From NCBI GenBank assembly GCA_965215185.1, contig OZ244034.1, positions 928,001 to 992,000 on the forward strand: a stretch of DNA of 64,000 nt, in the 5' to 3' direction. A model generated the notes under the pieces. The model was given only the letters and a program-made list of their open reading frames with translations. It was not told the DNA's origin and ran no database searches. Each line of letters opens with the position of its first letter. Positions within the stretch are counted from its first letter, which is position 1. A program made the position numbers and the translations under genes. Below are positions 8,875 through 23,268 of this stretch, piece after piece. This stretch comes from Acidimicrobiia bacterium. GTDB taxonomy: Bacteria > Actinomycetota > Acidimicrobiia > Spongiisociales > ZC4RG35.

Positions 8875-11277
8875 GTGAGGACCGTCATGCGTCGGCTGGC
8901 AAGACTGGTGTGCTGGGTTCTGCTGTGTTTCGTGTTAGCAGAAGGCGGTGCTGCGGCGGGGACTGCTGTTGGTGCAAGAGTGGCTTTATTCGCGGTTCCT
9001 TCAATGAACGTATGCGATCGCACACCAGCAGTTCGCGACACGATCGTCGCCGCGGTCGCCGGAATCGACGATTGCCAGGATGTGACCGAGGCGCACCTCT
9101 CCGGAATCGGAAGGTCTCTCATCCTGAGACGCATGGGCATCACGGCTCTTAGGGTTGGAGACTTCGACGGTCTGACCTCTCTGAGGAGATTGACGTTGCG
9201 AGACAACTCCCTAACTGTTCTACCGGCGGGAATATTCGACGGATTGGCGGCTTTGGACACACTGAGTTTGCTGAACAACCAACTTACCCATCTGCCGGAC
9301 GGGGTGTTCGCCGACCTTGTCGCTCTGATGACACTGGATTTGGAATACAACGATCTGGTTTCGCTGCCGCCGGGATTGTTCACCGGTCTCGACCTTGAGT
9401 TCCTGGGTCTGGAGGGCAACCAACTCACCTCGCTGGGACCAGAAGGGCAGGGAGTGTTCAGCGGTTTGAGAGTGGAAACTCTGGACCTGAGCGGGAATCG
9501 CTTCGAAACCGTGCCCGCGGGAGCGTTCGAGGGCACCGACCTGCACCTACTGGACTTGAGCGAGAATCAGTTGTGTGAACTGCCGGCGGGGATCTTTGAG
9601 GGGCACACCAGGCTTGCGTACCTGTGGCTGGACCAGAATCCAGGCGCCGCCTTTACCTTAACCGTGGTGTTGGAGCAGATCCCCGACACCAACAACGTTG
9701 TGGTCAGGATTGCCGAGGGTGCACCATTTGCCATGACCACTGCAATAGGCGTGACGGGAGGGACCCTGCCCCCCCTAGTGAACTCGGTCACGATCCCGCT
9801 AGGGCACACAACAAGCAACGAAATCACTATCACTCCCACTGAGACCAAGACCACGGTCACCCTGGGCGCTCCGCCGCCGGTTCCCGATTCGCCATTGTTC
9901 TACGGCGTGTCGAGCGCGGTAGGTGTCCCATTGATACTCAACAGCGACGGGCCGAACTTCGACAGCCGACGTTTGGCCCGCTCGATCGCGGAGAACCCGG
10001 TACCGGGAACAGCCGTCGGCTCACCGGTGACGGCAGACTCTCCCGGAGGAGACCCGCTCACTTACATGCTCTCCGGCCCGGGCCTGAATTTCTTTACCAT
10101 CGACCCTTCCACGGGTCAGATCCGGGTGAGGTCCGGCGCGGCGCTCGACCATGAGAGAAAACGCTGCCGCTCGGTAACGGTCACCGCTAGCGACTCCTCC
10201 CTCGCCCAAGAAGCGGTGATAGTCACCATCATGGTCGAAGACCAAGACGACCATGGAACAGTGACGCTCTCGACGGCAGAGCCACAAGTCGGTGAGAGCC
10301 TGACAGCCACCCTCACCGACGATGACGGCGTCGCCAACGCGGATTGGCTGTGGGAACGATCCCTCAACAGCGTCGGTAACTGGACACCGATCGACAACGC
10401 GAGTAGAAGCTACTACACGCCAACAGCAGCCGACAAAGGCCACTATCTGCGGGCTGCTGTCACCTACACCGACAATTACAGCTCAGCAGCTACCGCGCAA
10501 GCAGCCACCAACACACCCGTACGCGAGCCGCCTCCCCCTCCGCCACCTCCGCCACCTCCGCCACCTAAGAACCGTGGAGGCGGTGGAGGCGGTGGAGGCG
10601 GTGGAGGCGGTGGAGGCGGTGGAGGCGGTGGAGGTTTTGATGATGGGGGAGGTGATGAACTACCGGCCAAAGCTTCGGAACTGTTCGAGGACATCGACGC
10701 CGGGGTGTGGTACGAGTCGGCGGTATCGTGGATGATCCTTCACGATGTCACCTCAGGCTGTGCCCCAACCCTGTTTTGCCCCGACGCCAACCTCACCCGC
10801 CAGCAATTCGTTACTTTCCTCTGGAGAGCAGCCGGCCGACCCACCCCCACCTACCAAGGATCAGAAGCCTTCACCGACGTAGAAGAAGGGGTCTACTCGG
10901 ACCAGGCCATCGGCTGGGCAGTCTCCAACGAAATCACTGTGGGATGCACCCCAGGTGCTTTTAGTGATCCTGACTGGAAGTTTTGCCCAACGGATCACGT
11001 CACCAGAGGACAAATAGCCACCCTCCTATATCGACACGTACAAGCCGATTACATAGGAAAAGTCCCCTCCCACACCGACATTGTTCTTGATGAATATTAC
11101 GCGGTCAGCGTGTCCTGGCTCACCGACTTCCAAGTGGTTCCCGGATGCGGACCGACCCTGTTCTGCCCTAACCGAAAGGCCACCCGCGCCGAAGCAGCCT
11201 TATTCATCAACGGAGTAGCCATCCGACCCCACATCTGGGGAGAAGGAAACACCAGCTTCATACCCCAACCCCAATAA
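8875..11277 (+). CDS. Secreted leucine-rich-repeat protein with cadherin/Ig domains, poly-Pro/poly-Gly linker and C-terminal SLH domains
   Basis: LxxLxLxxNxLxxLPxGxF repeats of eukaryote-like LRR type; C-terminus nearly identical to that of the 1-5280 gene. Confidence 0.88.
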   Translation: MRTVMRRLARLVCWVLLCFVLAEGGAAAGTAVGARVALFAVPSMNVCDRTPAVRDTIVAAVAGIDDCQDVTEAHLSGIGRSLILRRMGITALRVGDFDGLTSLRRLTLRDNSLTVLPAGIFDGLAALDTLSLLNNQLTHLPDGVFADLVALMTLDLEYNDLVSLPPGLFTGLDLEFLGLEGNQLTSLGPEGQGVFSGLRVETLDLSGNRFETVPAGAFEGTDLHLLDLSENQLCELPAGIFEGHTRLAYLWLDQNPGAAFTLTVVLEQIPDTNNVVVRIAEGAPFAMTTAIGVTGGTLPPLVNSVTIPLGHTTSNEITITPTETKTTVTLGAPPPVPDSPLFYGVSSAVGVPLILNSDGPNFDSRRLARSIAENPVPGTAVGSPVTADSPGGDPLTYMLSGPGLNFFTIDPSTGQIRVRSGAALDHERKRCRSVTVTASDSSLAQEAVIVTIMVEDQDDHGTVTLSTAEPQVGESLTATLTDDDGVANADWLWERSLNSVGNWTPIDNASRSYYTPTAADKGHYLRAAVTYTDNYSSAATAQAATNTPVREPPPPPPPPPPPPPKNRGGGGGGGGGGGGGGGGGGGGFDDGGGDELPAKASELFEDIDAGVWYESAVSWMILHDVTSGCAPTLFCPDANLTRQQFVTFLWRAAGRPTPTYQGSEAFTDVEEGVYSDQAIGWAVSNEITVGCTPGAFSDPDWKFCPTDHVTRGQIATLLYRHVQADYIGKVPSHTDIVLDEYYAVSVSWLTDFQVVPGCGPTLFCPNRKATRAEAALFINGVAIRPHIWGEGNTSFIPQPQ
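10576..10629 (+). repeat. In-frame 9-bp microsatellite (GGAGGCGGT)x6 encoding the poly-Gly linker
   Basis: Directly visible; preceded by (CCTCCGCCA)n poly-Pro codons. Confidence 0.9.
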
Positions 11278-11305
11278 CCCAGCAGGTGATACCCCACTTT
11301 CATAG

Positions 11306-11355
11306 TGAACCGCCCCAGATGGTATGACTGACCCGAAAGGAGGGTCTTCATGCCG
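11306..11355 (+). mobile_element. IS3-family left-end remnant
   Basis: TGAACCGCCCC IR start followed by AAGGAGG and an ATG, then truncated. Confidence 0.45.
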
Positions 11356-11385
11356 TGTGTTGAGGTATCGGGTTCTGGGTGTTGG

Positions 11386-13830
11386 TTATGTGGGTGGTGT
11401 TGTTTGGGGGGTGGTGGGTTTGGGAGTGCGGTAGCCGATGTGGGGTACGGTGATGATGTATTTGGGGTTGTTGGCTTGGTCGTTGAGTTTGCGGCGTAGG
11501 TTTTTGATGGCGGTGCGTAGGGGTCGGGCGTCTCCGGTTTTTGTTGTGCCCCAGATTCTTTTTAGGAGTTGGTCGTGGGTTAGGGCGATGCCTGGGTTGG
11601 TTGACAGTTCGGCTAGTAGACGGTATTCGGTGGGGGTGAGGTCTACGGGGTGTCCGGCGATGGTGACGGCGCGTTGTGGGTAGTCGACGTGTAGGTCGCC
11701 CGATGTGTAGGTGTCTGATGGGGCGGCCTGTTTGCGTAGTGCGGCTTTGACTCTGGCGGCGAGTTCGGTGGGTGAGAACGGTTTGACTATGTAGTCGACG
11801 GCTCCCATCTCGAAGGCTCTGGTGATCACCTGGTTTTGGTCGTAGGCGGACAAGAAGATGATGGGGATGTCCTGGACGGAAAAGATGTCTCTCATCAGTT
11901 CGATTCCGTCGGTGCCGGGCAGCATCAGATCCAGTAGCACCACGTCGGGGTTGGTTTCTTTGATCAGTGGGATGGCCTGCTGGGGGTCGCCGGTCACGAC
12001 GGGCTGGTAGCCGGCGGCGGTGAGCGCGTCTCGGACGAGTTTGAGCGTTCTGGGGTCGTCGTCGATGGCGAGAACCCGGGTGTTCGTCTGGCGAGAGGAT
12101 GCCGGGGTATGTTTGGTGATTGGTCTGGTGGGGTGCTGGTCGGATGTTGGAAGGGTGAAGGTGAAACGGCTGCCCAAGCCTGGCCCGTCGCTCTCGACCC
12201 AGATGCGACCACCGTGGGCTTCCACGATCCCTTTGCAGATGGCGAGGCCTAGGCCCAGGTCGCGGCTGTGGTCAGATCCCTCTGGGTGGGAGAACTTGCG
12301 GAACAGGTGCGCTAGCCGTTCGGCGGGCACACCCTTGCCGCTGTCGGTGATGGAGACGGCGACATGGACACCCTCGTGGGTGGCGTCGACGCGGATCACC
12401 GATGTCTCGTGGGAGTTGCGCTCGGCGTTGGAGAGGAGGTTGTTGACCACCTGGACTATGCGCCGCCTGTCCGCCATTGCTGGCGGCAGGTCCGGTGCGC
12501 AGTTGATGCGGATGTTGTCACGGCCGCCTGCGCTCAAGAAGGTGTTGCGAGCTCCGTCCAACAGTCTGGGGACGTCGAGTGGTTCGAGGTTGACCGACAG
12601 CGTGCCTGTCTCGATGCGTACAATGTCGATGAGGTCTGCGATCAGGTCGCGCATATAGTCGGCTTGTTCGTTGATGATCCGGTGGTATTGGATGATCTCG
12701 GCGGGATCCAGCGAGGACTGGGCTTCCAGCAGGGTGGTAGCGGAACCCTTGATGCTGGTCAGCGGTGTGCGCAGTTCGTGGCTGACGATGCCCAAGAACT
12801 CGGCGCGCAGCCTCTCCAGTTCCTGCAGCGGTGTCATGTCCTGCACGGTCATGACCACCGAATCCATCTCACCCGTATCGGTGCGGATGGGTGTGGCGTT
12901 GACTACTGCGGTGACGCTGCGACCATCTGGGCCCTCAATGATGATCTCCTCGGCTCGTACCGTCTCGTTTGAGGTGAGAGCCCTGGCCAGAGGGAGAGCC
13001 TTGTTGGGGATTTGTTGGCCGTCGGCGCTTCGGTAAGTCGCGGTGTCCAGCAGTTCCTGCACCGACCCGCCCGGCAGGAGCAGATCGCGGGCGATACGCT
13101 GCGCCTCCCGATTAGCCGACGTCAGCGCCCTGGTGTCGGCGTTGAACACCAGCACACCCACCGGAGCCGTGTTCACCAACGTCTCCAGGTAGGCTCTGGC
13201 CCGCTGCTCGTCCCGGTATGTGCGGGCATTGGAGATCACCAAAGCAGCCTGGGACGCGAACATCACCAGCGACTCCTCGTCATCGGCGGAGAACCCCTCC
13301 CCGTCATCGGTGCCGGGTTTGGGTGCCATGGGATCGATGAGGGGCTCTTGGTCCACATCGCCCGCGGTGGGCTCCTCTTCCTTGTCGGCGAGGTAGATGA
13401 CGCCGAGGCGCTTGCCCCGGTAGCGGATCGGCGCTGACAAGAAAGGCATGATCGCACTGATGGGAAACGGCGGGCGGAACAGGGGAAGACCCTGAGCGCG
13501 AGTGTGACTCTGGAAGTCCCGCAGCCGCAAGGGCTCCTCGAAGTTGCATAGATACTTTTGGAACTTCATCCCGTCGGGCATCTTGAAGAACTGCTGAGCC
13601 TGATCAGGTGTCCCCCCCGAACTGACATAATCCACTATCCACCCGCGGTCGTCATAGAGCAGCATCATCCCGTAGCGGGTGCCCGTCAACGCCCGTGCGC
13701 TGTGCATCACCTCCTGCAACACCATCTCCAAATCCAGGCTCTCGTTGATACGCAAGCTGGCCTCGCTCAACCGCGACAGGCGCTCCCGCAACGCCGCCAC
13801 TTCTCCTCTCAACTCGTCAACCTGGTTCAC
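11386..13830 (-). CDS. Fused sensor kinase-response regulator (GAF-PAS-HisKA-HATPase-REC-OmpR winged helix)
   Basis: SHELRTPL H-box, NLLSNA N-box, GLGLAIC G-box, receiver AIDDD...LLDLMLP...KPF, C-terminal LTPTEYRLL...GYR. Confidence 0.92.
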   Translation of the reverse strand: MNQVDELRGEVAALRERLSRLSEASLRINESLDLEMVLQEVMHSARALTGTRYGMMLLYDDRGWIVDYVSSGGTPDQAQQFFKMPDGMKFQKYLCNFEEPLRLRDFQSHTRAQGLPLFRPPFPISAIMPFLSAPIRYRGKRLGVIYLADKEEEPTAGDVDQEPLIDPMAPKPGTDDGEGFSADDEESLVMFASQAALVISNARTYRDEQRARAYLETLVNTAPVGVLVFNADTRALTSANREAQRIARDLLLPGGSVQELLDTATYRSADGQQIPNKALPLARALTSNETVRAEEIIIEGPDGRSVTAVVNATPIRTDTGEMDSVVMTVQDMTPLQELERLRAEFLGIVSHELRTPLTSIKGSATTLLEAQSSLDPAEIIQYHRIINEQADYMRDLIADLIDIVRIETGTLSVNLEPLDVPRLLDGARNTFLSAGGRDNIRINCAPDLPPAMADRRRIVQVVNNLLSNAERNSHETSVIRVDATHEGVHVAVSITDSGKGVPAERLAHLFRKFSHPEGSDHSRDLGLGLAICKGIVEAHGGRIWVESDGPGLGSRFTFTLPTSDQHPTRPITKHTPASSRQTNTRVLAIDDDPRTLKLVRDALTAAGYQPVVTGDPQQAIPLIKETNPDVVLLDLMLPGTDGIELMRDIFSVQDIPIIFLSAYDQNQVITRAFEMGAVDYIVKPFSPTELAARVKAALRKQAAPSDTYTSGDLHVDYPQRAVTIAGHPVDLTPTEYRLLAELSTNPGIALTHDQLLKRIWGTTKTGDARPLRTAIKNLRRKLNDQANNPKYIITVPHIGYRTPKPTTPQTTPPT

Positions 13831-14217
13831 TCGGCCACCTCAAACAGGTTCGCCAACGCTGCTCCGTCGACACGTTTCCCAATCCACCGTTGTCTGTCAA
13901 TGCTCACACTTCGTTTCTAGTCTATACCACCCAAAACTCACAACCACCTCATACCAAAAGGCTCGGTCGTTCGCTCCAACCGAGCAGGCGTTCCAACCCA
14001 TCTCACCGAAACCGGCGCCCTCTGCACAGCAGACGGCCGGACGCTAACCACGAGCCTGGGCCATAGCATCCCCGGCCCCCGCAAGCACGACCGCCCCAAA
14101 CCCAGCAGGGGACTCCGAACTGGTGGCCGGGTTCTTAGGGGCCTCTGGGATTGATCCGTGCCGGGTGAGGTTGTTCCGTTTGAATGGACCCAGTCCCGTG
14201 TCAAACATTCTCATGGC

Positions 14218-15605
<1,388 letters not shown>

Positions 15606-15885
15606 ACTCCTGGCATGCGAACCGACCAGAAAATCAATTGGTTGAAGACTTGAAAAGATTAGGCACCATCTTGACAGCGCGTTCACGGGCATGGCTGTCG
15701 AAGCTGACAGCATGTGTCGGCCAAGCAGCCAACGACACCCCAAGGCGAGATCACCCCGGAGCCCTCTCCTCCAAAGGACAAAACCGTGCTACCTCGCCGG
15801 GCGAAACCAGCTTCCGCGGGCTACCAACCGAGGAAACGGAGACCGGACACTCCGAACCCGAACCACCAGACAACGGAATCACCCC

Positions 15886-15991
15886 GATGCTCCTATGTTT
15901 GTCATCAGAGCACTCAAACCTCGCATCTCAGACCGCATCCGGACCCACCTCCAACCACCCAAAGTCCACCTTCATTTGACAGAGGAGCTCA
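15886..15991. mobile_element. IS110 remnants: A-type right end (minus, ~15886-15904) and C-type 3' end (plus, ~15903-15991)
   Basis: Minus strand TGACAAACATAGGAGCATC; IRALKPRISDRIRTHLQPPK matches the C-terminus of 56066-57094; end TTTGACAGAGGAGCTCA. Confidence 0.8.
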
Positions 15992-16145
15992 CCTAGGTGC
16001 CGACGCTGAGCGCTATCTGGAGGCTGCCTTTATCGGGTAGGCTCCCGATAGCGTTTGCCTAGTAGGTAAACAGAAGGCGCCGAGCGCGCTCCGCGCTTCG
16101 GCCTGTGGGCGAATCCAAAGACCACGAGGGCGACGAAGAGGTACA

Positions 16146-17096
16146 GTGACCACGACAGGCACCGATGTTCTTGATGTAAGAGCGGCGGCGCGCCGAAATA
16201 GGCGGCGCCGCCTCGTTTCCTACGTCATCCATCTGTTTCTGGGGACACTGCTCTTTCTGCTGTTCTGGCAGTTGTTGGCCGCGCCCTTCTCGCCCCTTTT
16301 CTCTCTCATTCCGACGCCGATCGCCGCTGTCACCCACTTCGGGGAGAACCTCTTTTTCAGTGAGGCGATGATGGATCGGTTTGTTCACGCCTGTCCGGAC
16401 CTGTTGGATGAGTTGGAGTTTAAAAGGGGTAGGATGTCCGATCTTCCTGATCACTGTTTTGGGTACATTCTCCATCTGGTGCGGACCACCCGCAATATCC
16501 TGATCGCAGTTGCGCTGGGGACGTTCTTCGGCTTGGGGGTTGGACTGAGCAGTCTGCTCTTACCGTGGATTGCCGATGTGGTCACACCGGTAGCCGGTTT
16601 TTTTGGGACTACCCCTATTTTTATCGTGGCGCCTTTCTTCGTGATCTGGTTCGGGATCGAGTATCCCCTGTTGACCACCATCGGGGTTGTTGCCTTCTAC
16701 ACCACCCTTCTCATGTATTTCTTCACCCGCCGGGCGGCCGAAAATATACCGGTGGGGATCATTGAATCAGCCCTCACCCTGGGAGGAGACCGCCGCACTA
16801 TTTTCCGATGGGTTTATCTGCGGGGAACGATTCCGGAGATCGCGGGAGGTTTTCGGATCGCTTTGGGAGGAGCTTGGGGTTTGGGGACGCTGGTGGAGGT
16901 GCTGGGACCACAGATGGGAGGAGGATTTCTGATCCGCATGTGGAGCTACGTGATGGGCCACTCGGAGGGGCCGACCGCGGTGGTCTCTCTGATTCTTTTC
17001 TTCGGCGTGCTGGCTTTGGTAGTCGACGGGATCCTGGTACTGGTGATACGTTCCTTCACCAGTTGGTCCGAGGCCGGTCGCCGACTGGGTTTGTAG
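16146..17096 (+). CDS. ABC transporter permease, nitrate/sulfonate/taurine family
   Basis: Hydrophobic, with EAA-like loop IIESALTLGG. Confidence 0.85.
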   Translation: MTTTGTDVLDVRAAARRNRRRRLVSYVIHLFLGTLLFLLFWQLLAAPFSPLFSLIPTPIAAVTHFGENLFFSEAMMDRFVHACPDLLDELEFKRGRMSDLPDHCFGYILHLVRTTRNILIAVALGTFFGLGVGLSSLLLPWIADVVTPVAGFFGTTPIFIVAPFFVIWFGIEYPLLTTIGVVAFYTTLLMYFFTRRAAENIPVGIIESALTLGGDRRTIFRWVYLRGTIPEIAGGFRIALGGAWGLGTLVEVLGPQMGGGFLIRMWSYVMGHSEGPTAVVSLILFFGVLALVVDGILVLVIRSFTSWSEAGRRLGL

Positions 17097-17109
17097 GCAA
17101 GGAGAAACT

Positions 17110-17828
17110 ATGTCAACTGTTGTGAGCTTTGAGAACCTGTGGTGTGTGTTTGAGCACCGATCGGGGAATTTGGTGCATGCCCTCGAAGTTGTCGAATTTC
17201 ATGTGGAGCCGGGCGAGTGAGTGTGCGTGGTGGGGAGGTCCGAGCATGGCAAGACCACCCTGTTGAGGGTGTTGGCCGGTCTTCAGCCTCCTAACACCGG
17301 CGCGGTAAAGTTGGGAGACACGACGGTGATGGGGCCGGTTAGCGACCGGGCCATGGTTTTCCAGCAGGACACGGTGTTCCCCTGGTTGCGTGTCCGGGAT
17401 AACGTTGAGTTCGGTCTCAGGGCTACCAAGCTTCCCGAGGGCGATCGGAACGAGATCACCAATTATTGGTTATCGGCGGTTGGGTTGAGGAGTTCGCCGA
17501 TTCTTGGTCGCGGGAGTTGTCTGGGGGTATGAGAAAGCGGGTAGCTTTGGTGTCGCGATGGCGGTGGGTTCGGATGTTGTCTGAGGTTCTTTGGAACTTG
17601 TGGGTTGAGATCCAGAAGACCAGTATCTTCGTCACCCATGACATTGAGGAAGCACTGATTCTTGCCGACCGGGCGATCCTCCTGGCCGAATGCAAGCTGG
17701 TGAACGACATCGCGGTTACGCTCTCTCGTCCTCGCGACGAGGCTGTCCGGGCCAGCACCGAGGCGGTCGGTGTCTTCAAGATCCTGGCCCATTTGGGTAT
17801 AACCGAGGAGGAGGGGACGACGGTTTGA
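17110..17828 (+). pseudogene. ABC ATP-binding subunit (TauB/SsuB-like), disrupted
   Basis: In-frame TGA at 17218, altered Walker A GRSEHGKTT, frameshift near 17490, LSGGMRKRV and FVTHDIEEA present, Walker B region missing. Confidence 0.85.
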
Positions 17829-19015
17829 ATCAGCCTGGCCGCTTCCGAAGCCTTTATTGGATTGGATGGCTGATCTGGGCTGTCCTGATTCCGTGGTTGC
17901 TTATTCGGGTGCCTGAAAGCCTACCTTTCGTTACCTGGACACATGGTGAGGGTGCGATCAACGTCACATGGTCCTATATCGTTTCCGGGTTGGTGTTGTT
18001 CTGGGCCTGGCCGGTTGTGTCCCGCACGACCCGGGTCAAGGACCGGCTGATCAGGGCGGGACGGGGGATAGCGGCGGGGCCGCCGATGCTGTGGGCTGGT
18101 ATGCGCCGTAGCCCGCTTTTCTTCGTCTCTTGGGTGGTGTTGCTGGTGGCGTGGCAGGTGGCGTCTTATGTTGTGCCTCCGGGAACTCTCGAGCATCCCC
18201 TGGTTCCCGGATGGGACTACGTGTTCGGTGACACCTTCTTCGGAATGTCCAGGTTCTGGACCGTCCGCGTGTTAGACCTTGGGTTCGCGACCTTCAATCT
18301 CGACGGACTGGCGCCCCTTCCCATCTATGGTGGGGAGGCGACCTGGCCGGCCGTGTTCCTCGCAATCGCTTATCACTCCGGTACGACCCTTTTCAGGCTG
18401 TTGTGTGGCATGGTGGTCGGCATGACGTTCGGTCTCCTGACCGGTCTGGCCCTTCCCTACTGGCCGGCGGTGCGCAAGACCGCGTGGGCGCCCATGAACT
18501 TCCTGCGGATGATCCCCCTCCTAGTGGCGGTTCCCTGGTTGCAGTTGGTCGTGGGCTCCACCTTCTTTGGTATCACCATCTATATAGCCTTCGGAGTGTG
18601 GACGATCCTGGTGGTGGCCACCATGAATGCGGTCGCCAACGTGCCCGACCGGTACATCGAAAGTGCCCGTACCCTGGGCGCCTCCCGGCTGCACACCTAT
18701 TACAAAGTGATAGTGCCGGGGTCGATTCCAGAATTGCGCACCGCCATGCTGCTCTCCATGGGGGGGAGCTGGTCACTGGCGATCGCCGCCGAGTTCCTGG
18801 GTTTCTCCGCCGGGCTGGGGTACCTGGCCCACGCGGCGGTGCAGGAAACTAACACCGCCCGGCTGTTGATAGTGGCGTTTATCGTGGCTCTCTATTCTCT
18901 CACGACTTTCTTCTTGCTCAACGAGGGATTCAAGAAGGCGGTTAGTTGGATGCCACAACGAGCCACCGGCAAGACGGATATCAGAAAGATGGCCGGGGCG
19001 GCAGGAGGGGCCTGA
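17825..19015 (+). CDS. ABC transporter permease, nitrate/sulfonate/taurine family
   Basis: YIESARTLGAS EAA motif; TTG start overlaps the upstream stop. Confidence 0.85.
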   Translation: MNQPGRFRSLYWIGWLIWAVLIPWLLIRVPESLPFVTWTHGEGAINVTWSYIVSGLVLFWAWPVVSRTTRVKDRLIRAGRGIAAGPPMLWAGMRRSPLFFVSWVVLLVAWQVASYVVPPGTLEHPLVPGWDYVFGDTFFGMSRFWTVRVLDLGFATFNLDGLAPLPIYGGEATWPAVFLAIAYHSGTTLFRLLCGMVVGMTFGLLTGLALPYWPAVRKTAWAPMNFLRMIPLLVAVPWLQLVVGSTFFGITIYIAFGVWTILVVATMNAVANVPDRYIESARTLGASRLHTYYKVIVPGSIPELRTAMLLSMGGSWSLAIAAEFLGFSAGLGYLAHAAVQETNTARLLIVAFIVALYSLTTFFLLNEGFKKAVSWMPQRATGKTDIRKMAGAAGGA

Positions 19016-19273
19016 TCACCGAGCTCACCGGTCGAGGAAGCCCTTGCCCTACGAGATCTTGGGAGCATACCTCTCCACTCGTGCCGCGCGGGTCTTGGTT
19101 TTGATTGAGGACAGATGTCCAGATCTGACCGAAGCGCCCAAGGGCTTAGATTCCCGTCTCATCAGCCGCAAGCAGGTAAACCGGTTGCCGACAGATGTCC
19201 CTTGAACCGAATCAGCTATAGGACAGTATGTGGGGCGAACTGTCAAGACCGGTCACCTAGCTGGTGTTTTGCA

Positions 19274-19320
19274 GGGACTCACAATCTATTGGTTGCAGGT
19301 TCGAGTCCTGCCGGGGCCAC
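19274..19320 (+). mobile_element. tRNA 3'-half fragment (Ile2/Met CAT-like), att core
   Basis: GGGACTCACAATCTATTGGTT GCAGG TTCGAGT CCTGC CGGGGCCAC: T-arm intact, no 5' half; homologous to 57866-57909. Confidence 0.75.
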
Positions 19321-19798
19321 ACCGTTTCATCCGGTTTCGCGAAGTTTCAAACACCAATAAAAGCCCAAGCCAATAGCTATATATTGCACCATGGGGGAAG
19401 TCAAACACGCTCTTGTGGGGTTCCTTGACTTTCCAAGATGTTTCTGGTACAGCTAGTGCCCTGGCAGCGCCGACTCTTGGGCTGATCGCCGGTTCGTGGC
19501 AACGCCCCCTCAAACTAGTGGCCGGGACTTCCGCTCAAGATCTTGGGGGACTGCGGCTACGAAAAGACCGGACCTGGTGCTATCGACCTCCCCGGACGGA
19601 ATCCCGGTTACCCACCAGCACCTACCGGTAGGTCCTCGACGACGCGCCAAGGTGCGCCGAACCAGCGATGCTCGGAATCGTTCCCAGCCAGGTCCGGAAG
19701 GCTGAGACCGGATAGTGGGTTTGGTGTGTCCGACCAGACATCTGCAGTCGGTTCGATCCGATGCGGAGAGCATCCAATAGGGCCGGTGCCCTGCTGGA

Positions 19799-20746
19799 TC
19801 ACCGCCAGCGGTGATCCAGCACCATGTTCAACCCAGCCCCGGCGAGCAGGCCCATCGCCAGAAGATACAACCACAGCAGCAGGGTCAGAGCCCCACCCAG
19901 CAACCCGAACACCGCGTTCACACCGCTGGAGGCCAACTCGAGGTAGGAGCGGAAACCTGCCGACACAACCAGCCACCACACGGTTCCCACCACTGCTCCT
20001 GGCAACTCCCGTCGCCATGGCGCCCGCCTGCGGGACGCTATGTGGTAGACGGAGGTGGCCCACAAGACCACAACTGCGAACACCACAGGCCAGCGCAACC
20101 ACCCCCAGGCCGTGGTAAACGCGGAGCCGGCCCCCAGACGCTCGGCCACCTCCTCGCCGCCGCCCAGCAAGGGACCGACCACCACCAGCGCGGCCACCAG
20201 CGCGGCCACCAGAATCGTGGAAGCCGTCAGGCCCAAACCCAGAACCCGGGTGGACAGCCAGCTTCTGCGCTGTTCGTGGCCATATGCCACGTCCAGAGCG
20301 CGTACCACGGCGACGAAGCCCCGCGACGAGGCGTACATCGTCAAAACGATGCCAACCGTGATCAGTCCCGCATTCGACCGTTCGAAGAGCTCCGCGATGG
20401 TAGAGCGCAGCGTGTTGTCGGAGCCGAAGATCTCATGCACCTGGTTGAGTAGCCATTGCTCGGTGTCGGCAGCCGCGTCTTCGCCCATCACCACGTCAAG
20501 CGAACCAAGCGCGGCAGCGAATACCACCACAGCCGGGAACAGCCCGAGGAGCGCGAAGAAAGCGATCTCAGCCGACAGCCCACCCACCCGAGCCCTTGAC
20601 CAGTCGAGGCGAAGCTCCTCTGCGAACCGTACAACCTGACGTCCTGAGCTGCGGAGCTGCGGCTGTGTGAAACGGCCCATACCGGTCGATACTACGGTTG
20701 GCGACCGCGGACGGCTCGCCCATGAGGAGACCCCCCTAGACAGCAT
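19799..20746 (-). CDS. YihY/BrkB family membrane protein (start may be ~20680)
   Basis: SAEIAFFALLGLFP...ALDVAY...LLLWLYL pattern. Confidence 0.88.
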   Translation of the reverse strand: MLSRGVSSWASRPRSPTVVSTGMGRFTQPQLRSSGRQVVRFAEELRLDWSRARVGGLSAEIAFFALLGLFPAVVVFAAALGSLDVVMGEDAAADTEQWLLNQVHEIFGSDNTLRSTIAELFERSNAGLITVGIVLTMYASSRGFVAVVRALDVAYGHEQRRSWLSTRVLGLGLTASTILVAALVAALVVVGPLLGGGEEVAERLGAGSAFTTAWGWLRWPVVFAVVVLWATSVYHIASRRRAPWRRELPGAVVGTVWWLVVSAGFRSYLELASSGVNAVFGLLGGALTLLLWLYLLAMGLLAGAGLNMVLDHRWR

Positions 20747-20880
20747 GCGACTGGGGCTGATCGGGAACCTGTTGGCTCGGCTGGCAGGCTTCCGCGGCGA
20801 CCTCGCCTGTGCTTTCTCGCCGGGAGATCATCTACCGGCACCGGTTCGGCCGTGGCCCGGTTGACGAACCGGGACGCTAA

Positions 20881-23268
<2,388 letters not shown>

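Noticed and set aside
10530-10635. Perfect hairpin between the poly-Pro and poly-Gly codon runs
   Set aside because: The codon order makes the pairing imperfect; explained by the linker sequence.
17218-17220. Selenocysteine or readthrough TGA
   Set aside because: The gene has further frameshift and deletion lesions, so it is a pseudogene.
19274-19320. Functional tRNA gene (also 57866-57909)
   Set aside because: No D-arm or 5' acceptor strand, the anticodon arm is mutated and there is no CCA; treated as att fragments.
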